A stretch of DNA of 60,218 nucleotides, the filler included, from Sphacelaria rigidula (lineage: Eukaryota), in assembly GCA_964200075.2 (NCBI GenBank). It is 9 parts of 9 records of this genome, joined end to end, with 100 filler letters (N's around TTAATTAATTAA, not from the genome) between each part and the next. Parts side by side here need not be neighbours in the genome. Positions count along the whole stretch, not along the records: positions 1 to 6,603 come from CAXNAA020019119.1; positions 6,704 to 13,306 come from CAXNAA020019120.1; 7 more parts are not named here. The stretch is one strand, 5' to 3'. The position numbers were made by a program, and so were the translations under genes. The notes beneath the pieces are model-generated. The model saw nothing but the letters and a program-made list of their open reading frames with translations. It had not been told where the DNA came from and did no database searches. Each line of letters opens with the position of its first letter. The first letter of the stretch is position 1. Below are positions 1 to 12,372 of this stretch, piece by piece.

Positions 1-55
1 CGGTGGGGTGGGGGGGTCGGGGGGGTGGGCGTGGCCTCCCCCTCCCTCCCGCTCT

Positions 56-90
<35 letters not shown>

Positions 91-729
91 TGGTATAATC
101 ATGATCTTGCATGCCGTAGTCACATGACCATTGACCACCCATCCCTTTCGAGACGGAGATCCATTTCTACTGCCAATAGAGAAACCTCCAATATTTCGAT
201 GTTCATCACATTTCTTTTTATACATACACAAAAATCGTTCACATATCTCATCCCCGCCCTGTTTCGCCTTCTGTGACCACCATCTATCTCCTAGTATAGC
301 CATCGTTTTTTCCCTACTGCCTAATGCATCAAAAAAATTTCAGCGGATGGAGGGGGGCGGAGGGGGGGGGGGGGATGCAAGAGGGTTTGCTGTTCATGGC
401 CTTGTGGATGTTGATATAAAGTTTCGTGTGGCAGCATCAACCATGCCGACGATGCCTGATATTCGCTAGACAGTACGAACTATATCACCATCAACTCGCC
501 CACGAAAAATCCGCACCCGTGGTGGTGTAGACAAACGTTTGTTAGAGAAAAACAAGCAAGGATCGCAGTGCTCAGAGTAGAGGATAGCAGCGCTGAACAA
601 CAAAACCCCGCCACTGCACCGTGCAGTACAGTACAGTAAATACGTTCAATGTATCAGACCGCTACGAGTCCTCATCAGTCGCTTGATACCAAGCAAGTTA
701 GCATGATTTGCTCTTGAATTAAAACGTAT

Positions 730-890
730 CACACCTTGGACAATATATGGTCAATAGTTGCAATAGAGAACAAGCATACTGAATAAAGTATAGGTCTATT
801 GCGACTATTGTGGGCCGGCAATAGTTGCAATGGGCCTATACTTTATGCAGTACACTTCTAGTCTATTGACCATATTTTGTCCAGGGTGTG
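730..890. mobile_element. hAT-like MITE (161 bp) with ~28-bp TIRs and perfect 8-bp TSD
   Basis: Ends CACACCTTGGACAATATATGGTCAATAG / CTATTGACCATATTTTGTCCAGGGTGTG; AAACGTAT at 722-729 and 891-898. Confidence 0.85.
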
Positions 891-1344
891 AAACGTATAC
901 CGGAAGGCCAAAACGTTGGCGTGAGTGAAAATACACAATACGCACATCATCATCACATTGCGAATTGTGGTTGGTGCTGATAAAACACATATTCGTCAGT
1001 CTGACAATCCAGACACGCCCTTATACGGTAACCGCCAGGGGGGCGAGGAGGGCGGCGAGAGGGCTAGGATACGACGGAAGACACACACACACGAAAATAC
1101 CACTTACCCTACTCACACTCACTGAATGTCGCTGCTATCCGATAGACATTTCGGAGCATTTTTTATATCTATTTTGTAGAGCTCGAAAATAGTACCAGTT
1201 ATAACTGGTCATTATCATTATAATGGTAATGGTTATGTAAACATTTTGGGTAATGGTAATGGTGTCGACCATTATTTGCCGTCACCGGCTTTTGCCAGTG
1301 AAAATTGGCCCAAATTCAACGTATTTTTCAGCTCTAGTGAAAAC

Positions 1345-1567
1345 ATTTCACGGTCGACGAGGGGAAGAGACCCCTGAACCCCTCTCGCGATGTAAAAACA
1401 AGGCAAGCACCGCAGAAGGGAGGTGGAGTACTCAAACAAAATAAAAAAATAAAAACTCCTGTGTTGGCCTTCCTCCTGTGTGACCCCGGCTGATGCGCCC
1501 ACATATACCGAAAGGTGTAGACTGGCGTCCAAAATAAATGGGATAACAGCACACAACAACACACACA
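1345..1567 (+). mobile_element. 5'-truncated copy of the tRNA-derived SINE
   Basis: Matches the body and 3' end of 10728-11122 (CTGAACCCCTCTCGCGA...AAGGCAAGCACCGC...GCGCCCACATATACCGAAAGGTGTAGA...CA-rich tail). Confidence 0.85.
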
Positions 1568-2269
1568 GTGTAGCCAAATCGCGTAAAAACGTTCCTCCGG
1601 CACGGCGCCTCCAGTGGGGCCCTCCGGGGGCGCCTCCGGGGTGGCCCCCTCTGCGGGAGGGGGGGCGTTTTGGCTCCCGGCGTCGTCGCTCGCTGCTTGC
1701 GGCTGCGCCGCTCGATGGCCAAACCTTTATGTACCATTCAACTGGTTAATGGTTAGACAAACTATTTCCGAGCTCTACTATTTTAGAGTACTGTAACTTC
1801 GAACAACAACCACACATGTACGTATTTCACGAGAGGGCAAAGAGTTCACTGTGGAGGCCGCATGGGGATACTGAAATAAATCTCAGAGTACGATTTTTGT
1901 ATAATAGCGCTCCTATGAATATGAATACCTGGTTTTCCTCTAGTGCCCCAGCCTTGTCCGCCACGCTGGTAACGTCCTGACGGAGACTGGCTTCTAGCCC
2001 TGCATGTTGCATCGAGTGTCCGAACCAAATCAAAATTGAAAAACGTGCATGCTTTGTAAAACCGCCGCTGCCGTTCCCGTGGAGCCAAATAAGTTTTTTC
2101 TCCGTTAAGGGAAAATCCGTTATGACAACGTCTCCGCCGCAAAGACACCACCCATTTTAGAGCCGATCATGTTCTATCACCATGCAAACGACAGTACCCG
2201 GTATCGTCATAATCGCCGAAATCGTCATTATCGCCATCAGAATTATCATTGTTGTTATTTATTCAGTAT

Positions 2270-2271
<2 letters not shown>

Positions 2272-2301
<30 letters not shown>
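2272..2301 (+). repeat. (CAT)n microsatellite
   Basis: About ten tandem CAT units. Confidence 0.9.
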
Positions 2302-2302
<1 letters not shown>

Positions 2303-3144
2303 TCCAATTGATATAGTTATTATCATTATTATCACTATTACAATTACCACCGCACATTAGCACAATCTCTCGGACCCGTGGTCACGGAGGTACATTCGCC
2401 CCTCCAGTACCGTCACTACCATATCCTTACATGAGATAGAAGCGATGATTGAGCGGTTTCTTCTGATACTCCATAACATATATATGGACAAAATCTATGC
2501 AGAGAGTTTGGCCTGCACTCCGACAGAATGTTCGGTTCAGCACGGATCGAATATACTACTTCCGATTATTTACGAGTGTTTGCAATGAATGAAACATCAG
2601 CATGTCATATCGTGATCATTGATAGTATCGAAAGAAAAGATAGCTGGATGACGGGCAGGTGCAAACAATAATTGCAACCTGATGAAGAGAATCTGCTCCT
2701 TGACCGTGTGTGTTTGATGAGAGCTGACGGATGCAGGAGTGCTGATAGTAACGATCCCTCGAGACCACGGACTCGTTCCGAGGAAGGAGAGGGGTTCAAA
2801 ATGCGACAAGTAACAATAAATCGAAATGAAATAAACGAGTCTAAGCGTAAATCATTGTACCTACCCTATATGATGAGTTTTTAAAACCCTGGGACAGTAC
2901 AATAGGTACCTCTATGCCACCTGACAGAGTCGAAAACTCCTTTCCCACAGCTTTATTTAGGTAGCGACGGCACGAGGAGGGGAGGGGGGGGGGGCGTACT
3001 CACTTGTTGCTTGCCTTAAGCAGTTGACCATTGACCATTGACCACGCATCCCTTTCGAGACGGAGCACGGTTGCTACTCCTGATGGAGACACCTCCAACA
3101 TTTGGACACTCACCAAGTTTTTTCCAATACATTGCACAAAAATA

Positions 3145-3830
3145 CTGACCAGGAGGATCTTGCCCGAGAATAGTCCTCGAGCAACGTACAGACAGTTGTC
3201 CGCAGTACGTCAAGCCCGGATAATTACTGAACTTTCGTTGCTGCATGTACTCACTGCCTCTAGCAACTCGACTGTACAAGCTTTGTAAGGGAGGAAGGTC
3301 CTCATATTAGAATCTTAATCCGTAAAATCAAAACGGCTCTCGCACGCTGGGGAAAAGTGCAAGATCTGGGCTCGGCCAGATGTTCCAGGATAGTTGCACC
3401 AAACGTTTCTGAAAATTGCATGGATCGTTTAGTATATACCCGAACTGAAGTGGACCCGTTTATGTTCGACCTTGGAAGATTCTCCTAGAAAATGCTTCAC
3501 GGGTTGAAAAGGGGGAATTTCATTTGAAAAAAACTCTCGGGGTCCGGCAACATTTCTTAGAGCTTGCAAAAAGTGCAGCATCGGTTGTTTATACCTGGCG
3601 GGAGGGGGGGAATGCGCATTCTGCCAGCTTGCGAGAGCCGTTTTGATTTTACGGATTAAGATTATAATTTGACAACCTTTCTCCCTTACAAGCCTTGTGC
3701 AATCGAATTGCTGCAAGCAGTCAGTGCATTCAACAGCGAAATTTCAGTTCTTCATCCGAGCTTGATGTACTGCCGACTACTGTCTGTACGCTGCTCGAAA
3801 GCTATTCTCAGGTAGGGCCTTCCTGGTCAG
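3145..3830. mobile_element. Foldback element with diverged ~135-bp arms enclosing a second TIR element
   Basis: 3145-3280 (CTGACCAGGAGG...CGTACAGACAG...) is the approximate reverse complement of ~3693-3830 (...CTGTCTGTACG...TTCCTGGTCAG). Confidence 0.75.
3286..3688. mobile_element. Mutator-like MITE with ~65-bp TIRs and candidate 9-bp TSD
   Basis: TAAGGGAG...AATCTTAATCCGTAAAATCAAAACGGCTCTCGCA vs TGCGAGAGCCGTTTTGATTTTACGGATTAAGATT...CTCCCTTA; flanks CAAGCTTTG / CAAGCCTTG. Confidence 0.7.
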
Positions 3831-5774
3831 CGCTTAGGGGCGTGGGTAACGAATGCAATGGTAGGTGGTTAATCATAGAACACACTTGTTCCCAACCATC
3901 TCTCGCCTCAGCTTAGGATGACTCTTCTGACATTATTTTTTTTTGCGACAGACACCGACACACACACTCTGCTGAGCACGCGACCGTTTGAACGCAGGAA
4001 AGCTCAGATTACAGGATGCCATGGGTCGGTCACGCCAGCAAGAGTTGAGTCACCGATAGAGGTATTTTTGCCCATGTCAAGAAGGTCTACACGAGTGTTT
4101 GATCTCTCATACACCCCCCCAACTGGGATGTGGCAGAATCTTGTCCTTGTTTCGCAGACGTCGGGTGGAATCTACCATCACAATAACACCCCCCAGCTTG
4201 CGATTACTATATCTTGGCGAAACGACGCAATCGTCCTTGCTCGCATGTGTGTGTGTGAGAACAGTAGCGATGATGGGAACATCGCCCAGCTTCACGACGA
4301 GGTGTTCTACTGCGCACAGAGGCACGTCCCGCCCAAGCAGAGAGGCAGAGAGGAATCGATCTTTGCGTCGATCAGCGCAATAGACAAGAGAGGACAACCG
4401 TGGGCATCCCGATCTTGTTTCCGGGGCTATGTTATAATAACCCGCCTTCCGACACATGGCAACTTGGGTATGTGATGGAAACATGATGTCAATCTCTCGA
4501 GCGATAGGGAATCGCCGAACGAGGACACACAAAGGACACCGGCGAGTAGCTTCCTCTCCGCCGTTGCTCCTCTCTCTGGTGAAATCGTCATCGACACGCG
4601 TTTACAGCGCACTCGTCCGGTGCACCTAGCCACACCCGCGTAAAAGAGGTATCTCAAACTCGGCTCCCGGTATCAAGGTTTATTAGTCGCTGGCTTTGAA
4701 ATGTGTACTATTTTTCCAAGTGAAAGTGATCGCGATTCATGGGAGGTCCTGACCTGGCGGTCAGAGGGTTTCATCATCTGATGAATCGGCATCACTTTCA
4801 CTTGGAAAAATACGACAAAACAAACCAGGATACCGAGAGCAGAGTTTTCTCTAATAACGGCTGCAAATTTGTTTGGGGGGGGGAAGATAATATCCCTTGG
4901 TGTAACTGTTTCGCGCCATTCCTGAAAATTAGTTGTGCCATTTGGGCCTCAATTTTGTGTTCGACCCCATTTTTGAGAATCAGTCGTTATGATAGATACT
5001 ATCGCACCGTCGCGCCTGGGAGGTTCCGCAAAATGTGAACCAGAACAACGGTCGACCGAAGAGAAATTATCGACACACACACATGATAACGAAGACGCAC
5101 GTCTCAACACACCACAGCCCCATCTGCAATGCCCTCATACAGCTACTACCCCGATCCCTTCACCTTAGGTGATGACCCCGAGGCGAACCTGGGGGCGAAC
5201 CCACGATCAGCCTGCACTCTCCGCCGACACTGCTGGGGCTTGTTCCGACTGAAGCAATTTGAGAACACTTATGTTTGCTAGGGTAGGCAGGGCTGCGTCT
5301 CCTGACGTGATCCGCGGTGTTGCCACTGCTATTGTTGTTGCTATTACTGCTGCTGATGTTACCCAACTCTTCGTTAGCCCTGTCAACCCTCGACAGAGAT
5401 ATGTTGCGCTTTATCATGGGCCTCCGGATACAGGATGCGCAGTTGGCGGTAGGGGGTAGTTTGGTGTGTTGTCTTTATCTTGGTTCCCTCCTGTCGCTGA
5501 ACGTTGTCTTCTTGCTTGCGGAGTACGGGGAAGCACAACTCTCTCCCAGGATTCGCCAGCACGGTGTACGGGACAATATTGAGAATGATTTCTTCTTCTG
5601 TTCAACCAGAGGCCCGCGAGGATGGGAGAAGCAGGATAGACGAGCTTGGCATGAGCCGCCTTGCTATGCTAAGGCGTCCCAGCTGCGTGTGCGGACAAAT
5701 ATATTTATCACAGTAGAACCAAACGAAATATCTGACCGGTGGTCGCGGGTTTCATTGCTTTGTATTTTATTGGT

Positions 5775-5879
5775 CAACCCCTCGATCGCGAAGGCAGGTA
5801 ATCTGGGCCATGCATTATTTTTCCGAATGAAACGTATGCCAAATCAACAGATGAACCATGTCGGCGATTCAAGGGTTAA
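5775..5879. mobile_element. Degenerate piggyBac-like MITE copy
   Basis: Ends in CAAGGGTTAA; interior resembles 9995-10101. Confidence 0.5.
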
Positions 5880-6603
5880 GTAATTGGATATTGAATCGCG
5901 TGGGACATTAAAGCATTCTTCACAGCGCCATCATCCAATCCCGCCCCTGTAATAGGTTAGACTCCCTCTGAATTCAATTTCTCTTCCTGGTTTCGTTTTA
6001 CTGCTGTTGGGTGGTGATGATGAGTGCACAAGAAAAAAAGACTTGGGTAGACTCTGCTTCGCTAGGATCGTAGGATCATACGGTGTGACAACATGCTGCG
6101 GTCGAAGGTGATTTCCGAACAAAGGATTCAGAAAAATGAGGTTGAAAACTCACATACATGGGGTTGAAGTCGCCTTCTGAAAAGCCACATGTTGCGTGAA
6201 ACAATTTTGTAAAAAGAACTGATTGAGGATGATTCTGTTTGTCTCTTGAAACACCCCCAAGCTTGCCTTGTTGCGCATTTTCGCTCCAGTCTCTATAATT
6301 ATTTTAGTGCATTCGAAACGGCTTTCACCGGGTGAGGGAAGGCGCTGTTCATTTGGATTCCCTGATCTTGGAAGAAAATGCTGCCGGATTTTTTTTCGAG
6401 TCCTGAATAAATTCGCAAGGGGCAGGGAGTTTCTCAGGCCGGATGTTATGGCAACAACAGATCTTTGGCCCACAGATTTTTGAATTCTTCTGGTGAAACA
6501 AATCCGCGGCCTACACTTTCGACGATAGCCCCCCCCCCCCCAAAAGTGCATGGTTTTGGGGGGCAAAATCTTCACGCGAATCGAAAAGGGAAAAGCCGAG
6601 CAC

Positions 6604-6703
6604 NNNNNNNNNNNNNNNNNNNNNNNNNNNNNNNNNNNNNNNNNNNNTTAATTAATTAANNNNNNNNNNNNNNNNNNNNNNNNNNNNNNNNNNNNNNNNN
6701 NNN
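6604..6703. other. Artificial contig linker N44-TTAATTAATTAA-N44. Identical linkers at 13307-13406, 20010-20109, 26712-26811, 33414-33513, 40116-40215, 46817-46916, 53518-53617
   Basis: Identical 100-nt spacer with stops in all six frames; the contigs it separates are 6603,6603,6603,6602,6602,6602,6601,6601,6601 bp (size-sorted). Confidence 0.99.
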
Positions 6704-6978
6704 CTAACTCGTTATCTATCCCGAGATATGGAGCACATAAGTTTCCATACTAAAATCAATATATGAGTTAAGGGCATTTTGGTGATACCTGAAAACCGAT
6801 TATTGCCCTTAACTCATGAAAAAAAAAAAACTTTTGGTACCTCAGTATTTTTTTTTCTTATGCCTTATGCACTCTCCATACCAAATTTCAGGGCCCAACT
6901 CTAAATGTATAAAAGAGCATGGGCCTAAACGGGTCGGTAGAAATTCTCAAATCCGCCTCTAGGCTGGCCCAGCTCGTA
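6704..6978. mobile_element. End of a TA-flanked (mariner-like) TIR repeat. Related ends at ~33560-33580, ~33770-33829, 53470-53500, 60154-60218
   Basis: Shared terminus AATCCGCCTCTAGGCTGGCCCAGCTCGTA (reverse complement TACGAGCTGGGCCAGCCTAGAGG) near several contig ends. Confidence 0.65.
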
Positions 6979-7039
6979 CAGACAAAGACAAGTTAAAACA
7001 GAAAGTACAACAACAGCAATACAATGTAGTACGAAAGCT

Positions 7040-7850
7040 GTGTGGTACCGACAGTACAGTGCAGTGTTGTCTCATCTCCCTCCCGCGCTGTTTTTCTTCC
7101 CTTCTTCGATGGGCACCATAAATGATCAGAATACACGAAATCTTTGAAAAGCGTTGAACCTGTGTGCCTCCACGGCTGGTCACCTGGGTCTTGCATTCAT
7201 CTTTCAAGTCAAAATTATGCCAATGCACCACAGATTACTCTCCCTGGGGGTGACTGTATATGGATGGACAAAGCCAAACAAGGCTCAGTACAGCACAGGA
7301 CAATGCAGCACGATGTAGAACAGCACAGTTCAGGAGAGTGTTGTCTTCTCTCCCGCCCCCGCCCTGCGTTCCTTCCCACTGCTGCCATTGTATATGGCCA
7401 TTACCATGGACCAGATTACAAAAAACCTTTCGAGAGCGTGAACTAGTCCTGCTCCCAGCTCTGGAATTGAACCCTGTACCTTCACGGTGGGTAATCTGTA
7501 TCTTACAGTCATCTTTCAAGTCAAAATTGTGCCAATGCACAACAGAGGCTCGCCCTGAGGGTGGTTATTTAGAGATGGGCAAAGTCGAACAAGGCATAAT
7601 AGTACAATAGAGGGGGTGCAGTACAGTCTAGTTCAGCAGAGTGTTGTCTTCTCTCTCTCCCTCCGTGCATTCCTTCCCACTGCTCCCATTGACAATGGGT
7701 ATCATCATGGACCAGATTGCAAGAAACCTTTGAAGAGTGTGCACCCGTCCTGACCCCAGCTATGCACGTGAACCGTTGGGTCTTCACGGTGGGCAATCTG
7801 GGTCCGGTTTATATTTCGAGTCGAATCATGCCAAGTCAGTATATGTGAAC
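7040..7850 (+). repeat. Three diverged tandem copies of a ~275-300 bp unit
   Basis: GTGTTGTCT recurs at 7064, 7338, 7641, each followed by a TTCAAGTCAAAATTRTGCCAA-like motif. Confidence 0.8.
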
Positions 7851-9578
7851 CAACACTCAATCTTCATTGCAGCGCAGAGATTATGTACAGCCGGCAGGCC
7901 ACATGTGGCGGTCAAGGTGGACTCTGCATAACCAGGGAAGGGAAGAGCACAAGACAGTCGCCATGATGTTGTCTATTCCAGTACACACCACGCTCCCTTA
8001 CGTGGGTCCCCAGAGCGGCTGGGTATACAGGCAGCAACGCTTCTCTGTTCAGTGTTACGAAGTTGTCGGAGTGCATTACACACGGATATACCTTTACGGG
8101 ACCGAAAAACTTACTCCGGCTCAGACCTCTCCTCCCTTCTTGCCCCCACCGTCGTGTTTGAGTGTTGTCTGTTCATTTGCTCTTGTCGAGGACGGTGGTT
8201 TGTTGGGGAGAGTCCATCGATAGGCCGCCAAAAGCAGAGACGATATCGTCGACCACGAGTGCGGTTCGAGCGCTGTTTTTTGGCGTTGCGTGCTTGAAAT
8301 CACAATACATGTTATGATGACCTCGCTTTCCGGGAACGTCCCACGCTCGGCACACCAGGCGGCGAAAACTTTTTTTTCATAGAGTTTCAGCGAACGCTAC
8401 AAGAGTTGGGGGGAAAGTAGGTCATCTTGCAGTGTGTGTCATGGGTGTGGAGGTCTATGTAGCGCCTTAACAGGGAGGGCATCGCTTAAACGCACGATTT
8501 GCTCGCTCTAATGGTGTTGTGTTTAATCAAGTGTATCCACATGGAAGAAAGGAAACAAGGATGAGTTGTCTATGGTCGATAAAATTCCGTCGAACGGCCT
8601 GACAAAATTCGGGGGCTAACACCCCCCCGATTCGTGGCCCTAACATGGAGCGACGACTAAACACAACATAAAATTGATGGATGTCGAAAGCGCCTTGTTG
8701 GTTTGACATGAGACGAAACAATCAACACCGAGAGTAGTCTGTATACCGCACTGCATGCCGAAAAACATAGTTTCGCTCATTTTCTGTAAGGACCAAGGCA
8801 ATGAGTGACAGTAAGGTAACTTGGGCAGTCCCAGCGGAGATCAAACCGTCTTCGTCAAGATTCGGACACACCGCAGCAAAGTGACAGCTACAGCACATGA
8901 GAGAGAACGTGAGTATGTTTGTGTTGCACCACGGTGGAACAGCACATGTCCAATGCCATAGGTCTTTCCCTCATTGCAGATGGGTCCTCAACTTTTGCCG
9001 AGGGCCAATTTTCAAGCGCCCGGCCATGATCGCGGTTTGCGCAAAAATCTTTCAATTCACCTCAACTCAACCTTATCTGTGGGAGGTGAGCCGAAAAACG
9101 TGTCCTGCTGTCCTGCTGTATTTCATGCTCGCTTCCTTCTTCTCTGAACTTCCATGCAAGCCGGATACACGTCACGTTTGTCTCATGTTGTCCGTGCTAT
9201 TTGCTGTCAGTTTCAAGTTGTGCTCCACACTCTTTCTTCGTACATATGCTGCTGTGCTGACTTAATGAGAACACCAATGTCACACCGATCGTCTTCGGCG
9301 CATGGTCTGGTGTACGCCCTAGGCGCGATGATAGAGCTGGTGTGGTATGTGCCGGGAGGACGGAAAACCCTTCGGGTCTGTTGACCAATAGCATGAACAT
9401 CCAAAGACCAAATCTAGTGAAGACCAGAATGGTCTTTTGGCTGCGGACTTTGGGGGCAAATATGCCCCCCAGACCAGAGTGATCCAAACCGTAATGCAGA
9501 CTTGGGAACGTTGACCAATAGGAAAGCCCGAGCCCAAGGCCCAAATTTGGTCTTCACATTACCAAAGTCGGTGGGCTC

Positions 9579-9686
9579 TTAAAACTCTTAGACCGCGAGG
9601 TTAGTCTTACGTTGAATCGGCATGAATTTCAAGTGAAAAAAAGTATTCATGATCCAGGAAGACTAATCTCGCAGTCCAAGGGTTAA
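9579..9686. mobile_element. piggyBac-like MITE (~100 bp, TTAA-flanked)
   Basis: TTAA...CTTAGACCGCGAG ... CTCGCAGTCCAAGGGTTAA. Confidence 0.75.
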
Positions 9687-9861
9687 AGCCCAATTGTTGA
9701 ACCGAAATGGGGTTACATTCCGGTCTTGCTCTGGATGTCAAGATCGGACCCGATTTTGGTCTTCGCAAACACCCTATTTTTGATTGATCCGAATCGCCTC
9801 GTACTCTGTATCGGGAAAATGGATCACGAACGCTATATGGGTAAGGACTGGACCGTAATCA

Positions 9862-9942
9862 GGCGATCGTTGCGAGAATTGAACCCACGACCCAACCGTC
9901 AGAAGGTGTTGAGGTTACCAGCTGAGCCACTGGAGCGACCGG
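9862..9942 (-). mobile_element. Isolated tRNA-like SINE head
   Basis: Reverse complement CCGGTCGCTCCAGTGGCTCAGCTGGTAACC...CTTCTGACGGTTGGGTCGTGGGTTCAATTCTCG with A and B boxes. Confidence 0.75.
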
Positions 9943-9994
9943 CAAGTTTACTGCACCGCAGTAAACCTCAGGGGACTTCAGTACGGCGCTGCTC

Positions 9995-10101
9995 TTAATC
10001 CTTAGACCGCGAGTGTACTCTTTCTGGATCTTGCATACTTTTTTCAAGCGAATCTTGATGCCGATTCAGCAGGTGACCTACCCTCGCGGTCAAATGGTTA
10101 A
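9995..10101. mobile_element. piggyBac-like MITE
   Basis: TTAATCCTTAGACCGCGAG ... CTCGCGGTCAAATGGTTAA. Confidence 0.75.
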
Positions 10102-10388
10102 AAAATGATTCACAGTCCGCCTGTTCTTCGGCTTTATTGTAACACCACACCCTGCCGAAACTGCTCCTCCGTGTACAGAACAATTTTAACAAATATGTGA
10201 AGCCATGACACGTACATACTGTACAGACAAGCGCATCTGAGCATGACGAATCTGAGGTGCACGAATCTGAGTCCCCCCGCGATTTTGCACAGATTGCGGG
10301 GTTCCGCCAGATTCGGGATTGGCTGAATTACAAGGTGCGCTCAGATTCGGGGGAAACTGTTCTCACATCGTGACCTACGGACCTGCGC

Positions 10389-10430
<42 letters not shown>
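10389..10430 (+). repeat. (GTT)n microsatellite
   Basis: About 13 tandem GTT units. Confidence 0.95.
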
Positions 10431-10727
10431 CGCTGCTTCCTCTTCCTTGCTTCTTTCCTTTCTGTGGGTGCATGTTGCTTTTTCCGTCTTTTATTCGTTT
10501 ACTTTTTTGTTCATCTGCTGCTTCTTGCTGCTGCTGAGCCACGGGCTGGATTGTTGCAGTCAGCTAATAATGTGGGGTAATCAACAAGTCAATCAACGCG
10601 TTTTGGGATCTAAGGTCCCTCGATCTGCGTGTAGATCCAACGCACATTTCCACGATAACCCCCCCCCCCCCCCCCAAACCAGCCCAAACGTGTTGAGAAA
10701 AAAATGTTGATACAGCTGTACAGCACG

Positions 10728-11081
10728 GACCGGTCGCCCCGGTGGCTCAGTTGTTAACCTCGTGACCTTCTGATGGTTGAGTAGGAGGACTCGATTCCCG
10801 GAGCGATCTAGGATTTTTTTCTCACACCATGCCCAACAGTGGAGAGCGACCACGTCGTGGGTACACAAAATTCGACTTGACGGTCGATGAGGGAAAGGGA
10901 CTGCTGAACCCCTCTCGCGATAAAAAATAAAGGCAAGCACCGCTGAAGGAAGGTGGGGTATTAAAAACAAACAAACAAGCAAACAAAAAGCTCCCGTGTT
11001 AACCTTCCTCCTGTGTGACCCGGCTGGTGCGCCCACATATACCGAAAGGTGTAGAGTGGTGTCCAGAATAAATGGGTCGAC

Positions 11082-11122
<41 letters not shown>
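10728..11122 (+). mobile_element. Full-length tRNA-derived SINE (~355 bp plus (CA)n tail)
   Basis: 5' head with A-box GGTGGCTCAGTTG and B-box-like CTCGATTCC; conserved body; (CA)~20 tail; related copies on at least six contigs. Confidence 0.9.
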
Positions 11123-11124
<2 letters not shown>

Positions 11125-12372
11125 CGCCTGATGTTTGGGTTCATGCTGCATGAAGCGCCTAATGTGGGCGACATTGGCGAGAACTACCCTAAGCCTGGGA
11201 ATCTCCAGCTGCTCGAGACCAAGAAATATCCCGCCGGGATCACACAGGAGGAAAGTCATCTATCGTAGACAGTGACATCCATTTCGTGACTGCCATAGAA
11301 CATGGCCTAGTAAGGCCAATCAAGCCCTACCGTGCAGTCGCGGGTCTGCATAAGACACGCATGTGGGAATGGAAAAACATAACGAGTGACATTCACCAGC
11401 AACTCCTACGGACCAAAATAAGGAAGCATATATATGCGTCAAGTCTTCAGCCTGTCAAGAGCGGATAAGTGCTGCAGAGTCTGCTCTACTGTCATCTTCA
11501 GTTGAGAATCTTCAAATCGGGGCACTTTGCATGTTCCAAGGTGACTATGGTGTTTTGTTGGGCTGGAAATTATCCATCCTATTTAGTTGCCCCAATATAT
11601 TGCACTTGTACTTTAACTCACAATTTCGAATCAATGAAGCAGGCACAATCCGGCACGATGCTGTCTGTACCGTCTACATACTGTATGCATGACATCAGTA
11701 CGAGTACTGTACGTGCAGTGTAGATGGTTTTATGTGCCGTGGGTACATGAGTTATGACTTCATTTCAAGTTGATTGGGGTGCTGTCAGAGGACGTGTTTG
11801 CGTGGTGTTCTCGTATCGTCATTATCATTTTCATTTTCAAATCTCGCCCGTGCGTGCGTGTTCTGTACCATACACAAGGAGACGATGCAGCTTACGTCCA
11901 CAGAAGCACACAGATATACCGAGCGCCCGTGGGTACCGTGGGTGTCGGTCGCAACTACAACACCACACAGTAGTACAGTCGCAAAAAGTGTACCCACCTC
12001 TATCCGGAGAAATAATGATCAACCTCCACCTTTCATTATTATGGACGTGTTATGGCCGATCCCACGTCGTTCTTTTCAATTCGGGAGCCCACGTTCTGTA
12101 AATCTGCGACGGTTTTTATGGGTTGCACTACTGTATTGTATGTCTATGCTCCTGCACTGATGTTCTATTTGTGCTTGCAGAGTACTTGTGCGTGCAGTAG
12201 TACAAGGTTACAAGTACAACAGGCTACAGTTGCGCCGTGATTGCAAAGCGCAGCCTGTACTTCTACTCGTACTGTCACTGTTCGCAAGACCCATGGCCTG
12301 CACTTTTGACTACTAATGAGCCCTCCTGGAACACCCTGGCCCTGCATTGTGTTCAAATACTGTGGTTATGCC

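Noticed and set aside
3918..4532. Overlapping 185/141-aa ORFs
   Set aside because: No motif recognised; may hide an exon (~4260-4400) but unsupported
5160..5883. 188-aa plus-strand ORF with Leu-rich start, or a minus-strand exon
   Set aside because: The Leu run comes from a trinucleotide-like repeat; no recognisable domain; no consistent splice model found
6604..6703. TTAATTAATTAA recurring every ~6.7 kb as a biological periodic signal; ORFs running into X's or ending LIN
   Set aside because: Embedded in fixed N runs; an artificial six-frame-stop contig linker
8520..9380. Possible decayed transposon coding region
   Set aside because: No frame gave a motif I could name
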